A stretch of DNA of 64,000 bases from the human T2T-CHM13v2.0 reference genome, Homo sapiens, in the NCBI GenBank assembly GCA_009914755.4, contig CP068257.2, forward strand, positions 8,256,001 to 8,320,000, in the 5' to 3' direction. A program made the position numbers and the translations under genes. Shown here one piece after another: positions 1 through 12,990 of this stretch (the stretch's first letter is position 1; each line of letters begins with the position of its first letter). Below the pieces are notes generated by a model. That model was not told the DNA's origin. It saw nothing but the letters and a program-made list of their open reading frames with translations, and made no database searches.

Positions 1-959
1 AAAATTTTCCACTATAGGCCACAAAGCGCTTCAAATATCCACTTGCATATTCTTCAAAAAGAGTGTTTCAAAAGTGATGAATCAAAAGAAAAGTTCAACT
101 GTGTGAGATGAATGCACACATCACAAAGAAGTTTCTCAGAATGCTTCTGTCTAGTTTTATGTGCAGATATTTCCTCTACAATAGGGAACAAAGCACTCCA
201 AATATCCACTTACAGATTCTACAAAAGCGGTGTTTCAAAACTGCTCAATCAAAACAAAGTTTCAACTCTGTGAGATCATTGCACACATCATAAAGAAGTT
301 TCTCAGAATGCTTCTGTGTAGTTTTTATGTGAAGATATTTCCTTTTCCACCATAGGCCTCAAAGTGTTCCATATATCTACCTGCAGATTCTAGAAAAAGA
401 GTGTTTCAAAACTACTTAATCAAAAGAAAGGTTCAACCCAGTGAGATGAATGCACTCGTCACAGAGAAGATTCCCAGAATGCTTCTGTCTAGTTTTTATG
501 TGAAGATATTTCCTTTTTCACTATAGGAGGCAAAGCTTTCCAAATATCCAATTGCGGATTCCACAAAAAAAGTGTTCCAAAACTGCTCAATGAAAGGAAA
601 TGTTGAATTATGTGAGATAAAAGCACACATCATAAAGGAGTTTCTAAGAATGCTTTTGTCTGGTTTTTATGTGAAGATATTTCCTTTTCAACTATAGGCC
701 TCAAAGCGCTCCAAATATACATTTGCAGATGCTACAAAAAGAATGTTTCCAAACTCCTCAAAGATATGTTCAACTTTGTGAGTTGAATGCACATATCACA
801 AAGTAGTTTCTCAGAATGCTTCTGTCCAGATTTTATTTGAAGATATTTCCTTTACCAACATAGGCCTCAAAGCTCTCCAAATATCGAATTGCAGATTCCA
901 CAAAAACAGTGTTTGAATACTGCTCAAACAAAAGAAAGGTTCAACCCTGTGAGATGAAT

Positions 960-3760
960 GCATACATCACACAGAAGTTTCTCAGAATGCTTCTGTGTAG
1001 TTTTTATGTGAAGATATTTCCTTTACCACCATAAGCCTCAAAGAACTCCAAATATCCACTTACAGATTCTACAAAAAGAGTGCTTCAAAACTGCTCAACC
1101 AAAAGAAAGGTTCAACTCTTTGTGATGAATGCACACATCACAAAGTAATTTTTCAGAATGCTTCTGTCTAGTTTTTATGTGAATATACATCCTTTTCCAC
1201 TATAGGCCACAAAGTGCTCCAAACACCCACTTGCGGATTCTACAAAAAGAGTGTTTTAAACCTCCTCAACAAAAAAGTTTCAACTCTGTGAGGTGAATGC
1301 ACACCTCACAAAGAACATTCTCAGAATGCTTCTCTCTAGTTTTTATGTGAAGATATTTGCTTTTCCACCATAGGCCACAAGGCGCGCCAAGTATCCACTT
1401 GCAGATTTTACAAAAATAGTGTTTCAAAACTGCTCAAACAAAAGAAAGGTTCAACTCTGTGAGTTGAATGCACACATCACAAAGAAGTTTCTCAGAATGC
1501 TGCTGTCTAGCTTTTATCCAAAGTTATTTCCTTTTCCACTATACTCCACAAAGCCCTCTGAATATCCACTTGCAGATTCTACAAAAGAAGTGTTTCAAAA
1601 CTGCACAATCAAAAGAAAGTTTCGACTCTGTGAGTTGTATGCACACATCAGAAAGAAGTTTCTCAGAATGCTTTTGTGTAGTTTTTATGTGAAGATATTT
1701 CCTTTTCCACCATAGGCACCAAAGCTCTCCAAATATCCACTTGCAGATTATACAAAAAGAGGGATTCAAAACTGCTCAATCAAAAGAAAGGTTCAACTCT
1801 GTGAGTTGAAGGCACACATAACAAAACCGTTTCTCAGAATGCTTCTCCATAGTTTTTATATGAAGATATTTCCATTTCCACCATTCTCTCCAAAGTGCTC
1901 CAAATATCCACTTGCAGATTCTATAAAAAGAGTGTTTCAAAACTGCTCAATGAAAAGAAAGTTTCACCTCTGTTAGATGAATGGACACATCACAAAGACG
2001 TTTCTCAGAATGCTTCTGTCTAGTGTTTACGTGAAGATATTTCCTTTTCCACCACACGACTCAAAGCACTCTAAATATGCACTTGCAGATTCTACCAAAA
2101 GAGTGTTTCAAAAATGTTCAATCAAAGGAAAGTTTCAAATCTGTGAGATGTACGCACACATCACAAAGAAGTTTCTCAGAATGCTTCTGCCTTGTTTTTA
2201 TGAGAAGATAATTCTTTTCCACCATAGGCCCCAAAGGGCTCCAAATATCCACCGCAGATCCTACAAAAAGTGTTTAAAAAATGCTAAGTCAATAGAAAGT
2301 TTAAACTCTGTGAGATGTATGCACACATAACAAAGAAGTTTCTCAGAATGCTTCTCTCTAATTTTTATGTGAGGATATTTCCTTCTCCACCATAGGCCTG
2401 AAAGCACTCGAAATATCCCCTGGCAGATCCTAAAAAAAAGAGCGATTCAAAACTGCTCAATCAAAAGAAATTTTCAAATCTGAGATGAATGCGCACATCA
2501 CAAAGAAGTTTCTCAGGGTACTTCTGTCTAGTTTTTATGTGAAGATATTTCCTTTTCCACCATACTCATCAAAGTGTTCCAAATATCCACTTGCACATTC
2601 TACAAAGAGAGTGTTTCAAAACTGCTCAATCAAAAGAATGGTCCAACTATGTGAGATGAATGCACACATCACAAAGAAGTATCTCAGAATGCTTCTGTGT
2701 AGTTTTTATGTGAAGATATTTCCTTTACCACCATAGGCCTCAAAGCGCTCCAAATATCCACTTACAGATTCTCCAAAAAGCGTGTTTCAAAACTGCTCAA
2801 TCAAAAGAAAGGTTGAACTTTTTGAGATGAATGCACACATCAAAAATAAGTTTTTCAGAATGCTTCTGTCTAGTTTTTATGTGAATATACATCCTTTTCC
2901 ACTATAGGCCACAAAATGTTCCAAACACCCGCTTTCAGACTCTACAAAAAGAGTGTTTCAAACCTCCTCAATAAAAAAAGTTAAAACTCTGTGATGTGAA
3001 TGAACACAGCACAAAGAAGATTCTCAGAATACTTCTGTCTAGTTGTTACGTGAATATATTTGCTTTTCCACCATAGGCCGCAAAGTGCACCAAATATCCA
3101 CTTGCAGATTTTACAAAAGCAGTGTTTCAAAACTGCTCAATCAAAAGAAAGTTTCAACTCTGTGAGTTGAATGCACACATCACAAAGAAGTTTCTCAGAA
3201 TGCGTCTGTCTAGCTTTTATGCAAAGTTATTTCCTTTTCCACAATACTCCACAAAGCCCTCTGAGTATCTACTTGCAGATTCTACAAAAAGAGTGTTTCA
3301 AAACTGCATATTCAAAAGAATGGTTCAACTCTGCGAGTTGTATGCACACATCACAAAGAAGTTTCTCAGAGTGCTTTTGTATAGTTTTTATGTGAAGATA
3401 TTTCTTTTCACCAGAGGCCCCAAAATGCTCCAAATATCCACTTGCAGATTTTACAAAAAGAGGGATTCAAAACTGCTCAATCAAAAGAAAGGTTCAACTC
3501 TGTGAGTTGAATGCACACATCACAAAGACGTTTCTCACAATGCTTCTCCATAGTTTTTATATGAAGATATTTCCATTTTCACCATTCTCTCCAAAGCGTT
3601 CCAAATATCCACTTGCAGATTCTACAAAAAGAGTGTTTCAAAACTATTCAATCGAATTAAAGTTTCTTCTCTTTGAGAAGAATGCACATATCACAAAGAA
3701 GTTTCTCAGAATGCTTCTGTGTAGTTTTTATGTGAAGGTATTTCCTTTTACACCATAGGT
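960..3760 (-). repeat. Intra-array segmental duplication. A ~1.1 kb stretch at ~960-2050 recurs at ~2660-3760, an offset of ~1.70 kb or 10 monomers, at ~90-92% identity.
   Basis: Long colinear matches by eye. For example, 1141-1560 matches 2841-3260, including the unusual monomers gtgaatatacatccttttccactataggccacaaa and tagcttttatccaaagttatttccttttccactatactccacaaagccctctga. ORF-track peptides 1419..1715 and 3122..3505 are near-identical. Confidence 0.8.
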
Positions 3761-6700
3761 CAAAAAGGGCTCCAAATATTCACTTGCAGATTCTACATAA
3801 AGAGAGTTTCAAAACTCCTCTATCAAAAGATAGGTACAACGCTGAGTTCAATGCACACATCTCAAAGAAGTTTCTCAGAATGCTTCTGTTTAGTTTTTAT
3901 GTGAAGATATTTCCATTTCTACAATAGGCCTCAAAACGCTCCAAGTATCCACTTGTAGATTTTACTAAAAGAGTGTTTCCAACTGTTCAATCAAAATAAA
4001 TTTACAACTGTGAGATGAATGCACAAGTCACACAGAACTTTCTCATAATGCTTCTGTGTAGTTTTTATGTGAAGATATTTCCTTTTCCACAATGGGCCTC
4101 AAAGTGCTCTATGAGATGAATGCACACGTCAAAAGACATTTCTCAGAATGCTTCTGTGTAGTTTTTATGTGAAGATATTTCCTTTTCCACCATAGGCCAC
4201 AAAGGCCTCCAAATATCCACTTGCAGATTCTACAAAAAGAGAGTTTCAAAATTGCTCAAACAAAAGATAGGTTCAACTCTGTGATCTGAATGCACTCATC
4301 ACAAACAAGCTCTTCAGAATGCTTCTGTGTAGTTTTTATGTGAAGATATTTCCTTTTCCACAATAGGCCTCTAAGCACTACAAATATCCACTTGCAGATT
4401 CTACAAATAGTGGTTTTCAAAACTGCTCAATCAATAGAAATCTTCATCAACGTGTGTTGAACGAACATGTCACAAAGAAGTTTCTCAGAATGCTTCTGTG
4501 TAGCTTTATATGAAGATATTTCCTTTTCCACCATAGGCCTCAGTGCACTCCAAATATCTACTTGCAGATTATACAAAAAGTGTGTTTCAAAATTGCTCAA
4601 TCAAAAGAAAGTTGAACTCTGTGAGATGAATCCACACATTGCAAAGAAGTTTCTCAGAATGCATCTGTGTTGTTTTTATGTGAAGATATTTTCTTTTCCA
4701 CAATAGGCCTCAAGGGGCTCCAAATATCCACTTGCAGATTCTACAAAAAGACTGTTTCAAAACTGCTCAGTGAAAAGAAAGGTTCAACTCTCTGAGATGA
4801 ATGCACACATGACAATGAAGTTTCTCAGAATGCTTCTGTGTAGTTTTTATGGGAAGTTATTTCCTTTTCCACCAGAAGCCACAAAGGGCTCCAAATATCC
4901 ACTTGCAGATTCTACAAAAAGAGAGTTTGAAAACTGTGCAATTAAAAGATAGGTTCAAATTTGTGATTTGAAGGCACACATCAGAAAGAAGTTTCTCAGA
5001 ATGCTTCTGTGTAGATTTTATGTGAAGATATATCCTTTTCCACCATAGGCCTCAATGTGCTCCAAATATCCACTTAGAGATATTACAAAAACAGTGTTTG
5101 AAAACTGCTCAATAAAAAGAAAAGTTCAACTCTGTGAGATGAACACACACATCGCAGAAAGTTTGTCTGAATGTTTCTGTGTTGTTTTCATGTGAATATA
5201 TTTCCTTTTCCACAATAGGCCTCAAAGTGCTCCAAATATCCACTTGCAGATTCTACAAAAAAGAATGTGTCAAAACTGCTCAATCAAAAGCAATGTTCAA
5301 CTCCTTGAGATTAATGTACACATCACAAAAAAGTTTCTCAGAATGCTTCCATGTAGTTTTTATGTGAAGTCATTTCCTTTTCCAACACAGGACTCAAAAG
5401 GCTCCAAATATCCACTTGAAGATTCTACAAAAATAATGTTTCAAAACGCTCAATCAAAAGAAATGTTGAACTCTGTGAAATGAATGCACACATAACCAAG
5501 AAATTTTTTCAGAATGCTTCTGTGTAGCTTTTAAGCGAAGATATTACATTTTCCACCACAGGCTGCAACAGGCTCTAAATATCCACTTGCAGATTCTACA
5601 AAAAGAGATTTTCAAAGCTTCTCAATAAAAAGATAAGTTCAACTCTGTGAGTTGAATGCACACATCACAAAGAAGTTTCTTTGAATGCTTCTGTGTAGTT
5701 TTTATGTGAAGATATTACCTTTTACACCATAGGCCTCAAAGCGCTCCAAATATCCACCTGCAGATTCCAAAAAAAGAGAGTTTCAAAACTGCTTATCAAA
5801 AGACAGGTTCAACTCCGTGAGTTGAATGCACACATCACAAATAAGTTTCTCAGAATGCTTCTGTGTATTTTTTATAGGAAGATATTTCCTTTTCCTCAAT
5901 ATGCCACATAGCACTGCAAATATCCACTTGCAGATCGCACTAAGAGTATTTCCAAACTGCACAGTCAAAAGAAAGGTGAAATGAATGCACATATTGCAAA
6001 AAGTATCTCAGACTCTTTTGTGTAGTTTTTATTTGAAGATATTTTCTTTTCCACAATAGGCCTCAAAGCTCTCCAAAGATCCACTTGCAAATTCTACAAA
6101 AGAGTGTTTCAAAACTGCTCCATCAAAAGAAAGATTCAACTCTGTCAGATGAATGCGCACATCACAAGATAGTTTGTCAGAATGCTTCTGTGTAGTTTTT
6201 ATGTGAAGATATTTCCTCTTCCACCTTAGGCCGCAAAAGGCTCCACATATCCACTTGCAGTTTCTGAAAAAATAATGTTTCCAAACTGGTCAATCAAAAG
6301 AAAGTTTCAACTCTGTGAGTTGAATGCACACATCATAAAGAAGTTTCACAGAATTCTCCTGTGTAGTTTCTATGTGAAGATATTTCCTTTTCCACAATAG
6401 GCCTCAAAGCGTTCCAAGTATCCACTTGCAGATTATACAAAAAGATTGTTTCAAAACTGCTCAATCAAAAGATTGGTTCAACTCTGTGAGAGGAATGCAC
6501 ACATCCCAAATAAGTTTCTCAGAATGTTTCTGTGTAGTTTTTATGTGATAATATTTCCTTTTTCCACCGTAGGCTGCAAAGGGTTACAAATATACACTTG
6601 CAGAGTATCCAATAAGAGAGGTTCGAAAGTGCTCAATCAAAAAATAGGTTGAATTCTGTGAGTTCAATGCACACATCACAAAGAAGTTGCTCAGAATTCT

Positions 6701-9700
6701 ATTGTGTAGTTTTTATGTGAAGATATTTAATTTTGCAAAATAGGCCTCAAAGCACACCAAGTATCCAATGGCAGATTCTACAATAAGAGTGTTTTAAATC
6801 TGTTCAATCAAAAGAAAGGTTCAACTCTGTGAGATGAATACACACATCACAAAGAAGTTTCTCAGAATGCTTCTGTGTAGTTTTTATGTGAAGATATTTC
6901 CTTTTCCAAAATAGGCCTTAAAGCCCCCGAAGTATCCACTTGCAGATTCTACAAAAAGACTCTTTCAACACTGCTCAATCAAAAGAAAGCTTCAACTCTG
7001 TGAGATGAAGGCACACATCACAAATAAGTTTCTCAGAATGCTTCTGGGTAGTTTTTATGTGAAGAAATTTGCTTTTCCAAAATAGGCCCCAAAGCCATCC
7101 AAATATCCACTTTCAGATTCTCCTAAAGGGATTTTCCAAACTGCTCAATCAAAAGAAAGGTTCAACACTGTGAGATGAAAGCACACATAACAAAGAAGTT
7201 TCTCTGAATTCTTCTGTGTAGTTTTTATGTGAAGATATTTCCTTTTCCACCATAGGCCACAAAGGGCTCCAAATATCCACTTGCAGATTTGACAAAAAGA
7301 GAGATTCAAAACTGCTCAATCAAAAGATAGTTTCAACTCTGTGAGTTGAATGCACACATCACAAAGAAGTTTCTCTGAATGCTTTTGCTTAATTTCTATG
7401 TGAAGATATTCCCTTTTCTACCACAGGCATCAAAACGCTCCAAATATCCACTTGAAGATTCTACAAAAAGAGTGTTTCCAATCTGCTCATTCAAAAGAAA
7501 GGTTAAAATCTGTGAGATGAATTCACACATCACAAAGAAGTTTCTCAGAATGCATCTGCGTAGTTTTTATGTGGAGATATTTCCTTTTCTACCTTAGGCC
7601 TCAAAGTGCTCCAAATATCCACTTGCATATGCTACAAAAAGAGTGTTTCAAAACTGCTCAATCAAAACATATGTTCAGCTCTGTGAGATGAAAGCACACA
7701 TCACAAAGACGTTTTTGAGAACGCTTCTGTGTAGTTTTGATGGGAAGATAGTTCCTTTTTCACAATAGGCCTCAAAGCGCTCCAAATATCCAGTTTCAGA
7801 TTCTTCAAAAAGAGTGTTTCAAAACTGCTCAATGAAAAGAAAGATTCAACTCTGTGAGATGAATGCACACATCACAATGTAGTTTCTCAGAATGCTTCTG
7901 TGTAGTTTTTATGTGAAGATATTTCCTTTTCCACAATAGACCTCAAATCTCTCCAAATATCTACTTCCTGATTCTACAAAAAGTGTTTTTCCAAACTTCT
8001 CAATCAAAAGCAACGTTCAACTCTTTGAGATTAATGCACACATCCAAAGAAGTTTCTCAGAATGCTTCTGTGTAGTTTTTATGTGAACATATTTCCTTTT
8101 CCACCATTGGCCACAATCGGCTCCTTATACCCACTTCCAGATTCTACAAAAAGAGAGTGTCAAAACTGCTCAATCAAAAGATCAGTTCAACTCTGTGAGT
8201 TGAATGCAGACATCACAAAGGAGTTTCTCAGAATGTCTCTGTGTAGTTTTTAGGTGAAGATCTTTCATTTTCTACAATAGGCCTAAATGTGCTCCAAGTA
8301 TCCACTTGCAGATTCTACAAAAGGAGTTTTTCAAAACTGCTCAAACAAAAGAAAGGTTCAACTTTGTGAGATGAATGCATACATCCCAGAGAAGTTTCTC
8401 AGAATGCTTCTGTGTAGTTTTTATGTGAATGTATCTCCTGTTTCACCATATGCCGCAAAGGGCTCCAAATAGCAACTTGCAGTTTCTACAAAAAGAGTGT
8501 TTCAAAACTTCTCAATCAAAACAAATTTCAACTCTTTGAGATTAATGCATGACTCACAAAGAAGTTTCTCAGAATGTTTCTGTGTAGTTTCTATCTAAAG
8601 ATATTTCCTTTTCTAATATAGGCTGCAAAGGGCTCCAAATATCCAGTTGCGTATTCTACAAAAACAGTGTTTCAAAACTGCACAATCAAAAGAAAAGTTC
8701 ATCTCTGTGAGATGAAAGCACACATCACAAAGTTTCTCAGAATGCTTCCGTGTAGTTTTTATGTGAAGATATTCTCTTTTCCACAACAGGCTTGAAATCC
8801 CTCCAAGTATCCACTTGCAGATTCTACAAAGAGAGTGTTTCAAAACTGCTCAATCATAAGAAAGGTTCAAATCTATGAGATGAATGCACACATCACAAAG
8901 AAGATTCTCAGAATGCTTCTGTGTAGTATTTGTATCAGGATATTTCCTTTTCCTCCATAGGATACAAAGGGTTTCAAATATCCACTTGCAGATTCTACAA
9001 AAAGAGAAATTCAAAACTGCTCAATCAAAAGATAGGTACAACTCTGTGAGTTGAATGCACACATCACAAAGAAGTTTCTTTGAATGCTTCTTTGTAGTTT
9101 TTATGGGAAGATAAATCCTTTTCCACCATAGGCCTAAAATATCTCCAAATATCCACTTGCAGATTCTACAAAGCCAATGTTTCAAATCTGATCAATCATA
9201 AGATAGGTTAAACTCTGTGAGATGAAAGCGCACATCACAAAAAAGTTTCTCAGAATGCTTCTGTATAGTTTTTATTTGAAGATATTCCCTTTTTCTCCAT
9301 TGGCCACTAAGATCTCCCAATATCCACCTGCAGATTCTACAAAAAGAGAGATTCAAAACTACTCAAGCAAAAGATAAGTTCAATTCTGTGAGTTTAATGC
9401 ATACATAAAAAAGAAGTTTCTCAGAATGCTTCTGTGTAGTTTTTATTTGAAGATATTTCCTTTTCCACCATAGGCTGCAAAGGGCTCAAAATATCCACTT
9501 GCTGATTTTACAAAAAGAGAGATTCAAAACTGCTCAATCAAAAGGTATGTTGAAATCTATGCGTTGAATGCACTCATCACAAGGAAGTTCTCAGAATGCT
9601 TTTGTCTAGTGTTTATGTGAAGATATTTCCTTTTCCACAAAAAGCCTCAAAACGCTCCAAATATCCACTTGCAGATTCTACAAACAGGTTATTTCAAAAC

Positions 9701-10589
9701 TGCTGAATCATAAGATAGGTTCAATTCTGTGAGATGAATACACACATCACAAAGATGTTTCTCTGAATGCTTCTGTGTAGTTTTTATGTGAAGATATTTC
9801 CTTTTCCACAATAGTCCTGAAAGCGCTCCAATTATCTACCTGTAGATTCTACAAAAAGAGTGTTTCAAAACTGCTCAATTATAAGATAGGTTCAACTCTG
9901 TGAGATGAATGCACACATCACAAAGATGTTTCTCAGAATAATTCTGTGTCGTTCTTTTCTGAAGATATTTGCTTTTCCACAGAAGGCCTCAAAGCACTCC
10001 AAATATCTAATTTCAGATTCTACAAAAACAGTGTTTCAAAACTGCTGAATCATAAGATAGGATCAACTCTGTGAGATGAATGTACACATCACAAAGAAGT
10101 TTCTCAGAATGCTTCCTTGTAGTTTTTATTTGAAGATATTTCCTTTTTCTCCATGGGCTGCAGAGGGCTCCAAATATCCACTTGCAGCTTCTACAAAAAG
10201 AGATATTCAAATCTGCTCAATCAAAAGATAAGTTCACCTCTGTGAGTTTAATGCACACATCACAAAGTCGTTTCTCAGAATGCTTCTTTGTAGTGTTTAT
10301 GTGAAGATATTTCCTTTTCCACAATATACCTCAAAGTGCTCCAAATATCCACTTCTAAATTCTCCAAAAGAGTGTGGAAAAACTGCTCATACGAAGGAAA
10401 GTTTCAACTCTGTGAGATGAATGCACACACCACAAAGAAATTTGTCATTTTTCTGTGTGGTTTTTATGTGAAAATATTTCCTTTTCCACATTAGGCCTCA
10501 AAGCGCTCCAAATATCCACTTGCAGCATCTACAAAGCCAGTGTTTCAAATTTGCTCAATCATAAGATAGGTTCAACTCTGTGAGATGAA

Positions 10590-12990
10590 TGCACACATCA
10601 TGAAGAAGTTTCTCAGAATACTTCTGTGTAGTTTTTATGTGAAGATGTTTCCTTTTCCAAAATAGGCCTCAAAGCCCACCAAATATCCACTTGCAGATTC
10701 TACAAAAAGAGAGATTCAAAACTGCTCAATCAAAAGATAGGTTAAACTCTGTGACTTGAATTCACACATCACAAACAAGTTTCTCAGAATGCTTATTTGT
10801 AGTTTTTATGTGAAGATATTACCTTTTCCACAATAGGCCTCAAAGCACTCCAAATATCCACTTGCAGATTCTACAAACAGAGTGTTTCAAAACTTCTCAA
10901 TCAAAAGATAGGTTCAACTCTCTGAGTTGAATGCATACATCATAAAGAAGTATCTCAGAATGCTTTTGTGAAGTTTTTACGTGAAGATATTTCCTTTTCC
11001 ACAACAGTCCTGAAAGCCCTCCAAGTATCCACTTGCAGATTCTACAAAGAGAGTGTTTCAAATGTACTCAATCATAAGATATGTTCAAATCTATGAGATG
11101 AATGCACACATCACAAAGAAGTTTCTCAGAATGCTTCTGTGTAGTATTTATTTGAAGATATTTCCTTATCCTCCATTGGCTGCAAAGGGTTTCAAATATC
11201 CACTTGCAGATTCTGCAAACAGAGAAATTCAAAACTGCTCAATCAAAAGATAGGTTCAACTCTATGAGTTGAATGCACACATTGCAAAGAAGTTTCTCAG
11301 AATGCTTCTGTGTAGTTTTTATGGGAAGATATTTCCTTCTCCACAATAGGTCTAAAAGCACTCCAAATATCCACTTGCAGATTCTACAAAAAGAGTGTTT
11401 CAAAAGTTCTCAATCAAAAGAAACTTTCAACTCTGTGGGATGAATGCACACATCACAGAGTTGTTTCTCAGAATGCTTCTGTGTGGTTTTTACGTGAAGA
11501 TATTTGCTTTTCCACAGTAGGCCCCAAAGCGCTCCAAATATCCACTTGCACATTCTGTAAAAACTGTGTTTCAAAACTGCTCAATCAAAAGAAACGTACA
11601 ACTCTGTTAGATGAATACACACAACAAAAAGTAGTTTCTCAGAATAAATCTGTGTAGGTTTATGTGAAGATATTTCCTTTTACACAATAGGCCAAAAAGC
11701 ACTCCAAATATACACCTGAAGATTTTGCAAAGAGACTGTTTCAAAGCTGCTCAGTCATAAGATAGGTTCATCTCTGTGAGATGAATGCACACATCACAAA
11801 GAAGTTTCTCAGAATGCTTCTGTGTAGTTTTTATTTGAAGATATTTCCTTTGCCTCCATGGACTGCAAAGGGCTCCAAATATCCACTTGCAAATCCGAGA
11901 AAAAGAGAGATCCAAAAATGCTCAATTGAAAGATAGGTTCAAGACTGTGAGTTGAATGCACACATCACAAAGAAGTTTCTCAGAATGCTTCTGTGTAGTT
12001 TTTATGTGAAGATGTTTCCTTTTCCAAAATAGGCCTCAAAGCCCACCAAATATCCACTTGCAGATTCTACAAAAAGAGAGATTCAAAACTGCTCAATCAA
12101 AAGATAGGTTAAACTCTGTGACTTGAATTCACACATCACAAAGAAGTTTCTCAGAATGCTTATTTGTAGTTTTTATGTGAAGATATTACCTTTTCCACAA
12201 TAGGCCTCAAAGCACTCCAAATATCCACTTGCAGATTCTACAAACAGAGTGTTTCAAAACTTCTCAATCAAAAGATAGGTTCAACTCTCTGAGTTGAGTG
12301 CATACATCATAAAGAAGTATCTCAGAATGCTTTTGTGAAGTTTTTACGTGAAGATATTCCCTTTTCCACAACAGTCCTGAAAGCCCTCCAAGTATCCACT
12401 TGCAGATTCTACAAAGAGAGTGTTTCAAATGTACTCAATCATAAGATATGTTCAAATCTATGAGATGAATGCACACATCACAAAGAAGTTTCTCAGAATG
12501 CTTCTGTGTAGTATTTATTTGAAGATATTTCCTTATCCTCCATTGGCCGCAAAGGGCTTCAAATATCCACTTGCAGATTCTACAAAGAGAGAAATTCAAA
12601 ACTGCTCAATCAAAAGATAGGTTCAACTCTATGAGTTGAATGCACACATCACAAATAAGTTTCTTTGAATGCTTCTGTGTAGTTTTTATGGGAAGATATT
12701 TCCTTTTCCACAGTAGGTCTAAAAGCGCTCCAAATATCCACTTGCAGATTCTACAAAAAGAGTGTTTCAAAAGTTCTCAATCAAAAGAAACTTTCATCTC
12801 TGTGGGATGAATGCACACATCACAAAGAAGTTTCTTAGAATGCTTCTGTGTAGTTTTTATTTGAAGATATTTCCTTTGCCTCCATGGACCGCAAAGGGCT
12901 CCAAACATCCACTTGCAGGTTCCTGAAAAAGAGAGATCCGAAACTGCTCAATCAAAAGATAGGTTCAAGGCTGTGAGTTGAATGGACACA
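10590..12990 (-). repeat. Recent 8-monomer (1367 bp) tandem duplication. Copy 1 is ~10590-11960. Copy 2 is ~11960-12990 and lacks two internal monomers.
   Basis: 10620-11280 and 11990-12650 are ~98-99% identical. ORF-track peptides 11053..11253 and 12420..12620 differ at one residue. The offset of 1367 bp equals 8 x 171. Confidence 0.85.
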
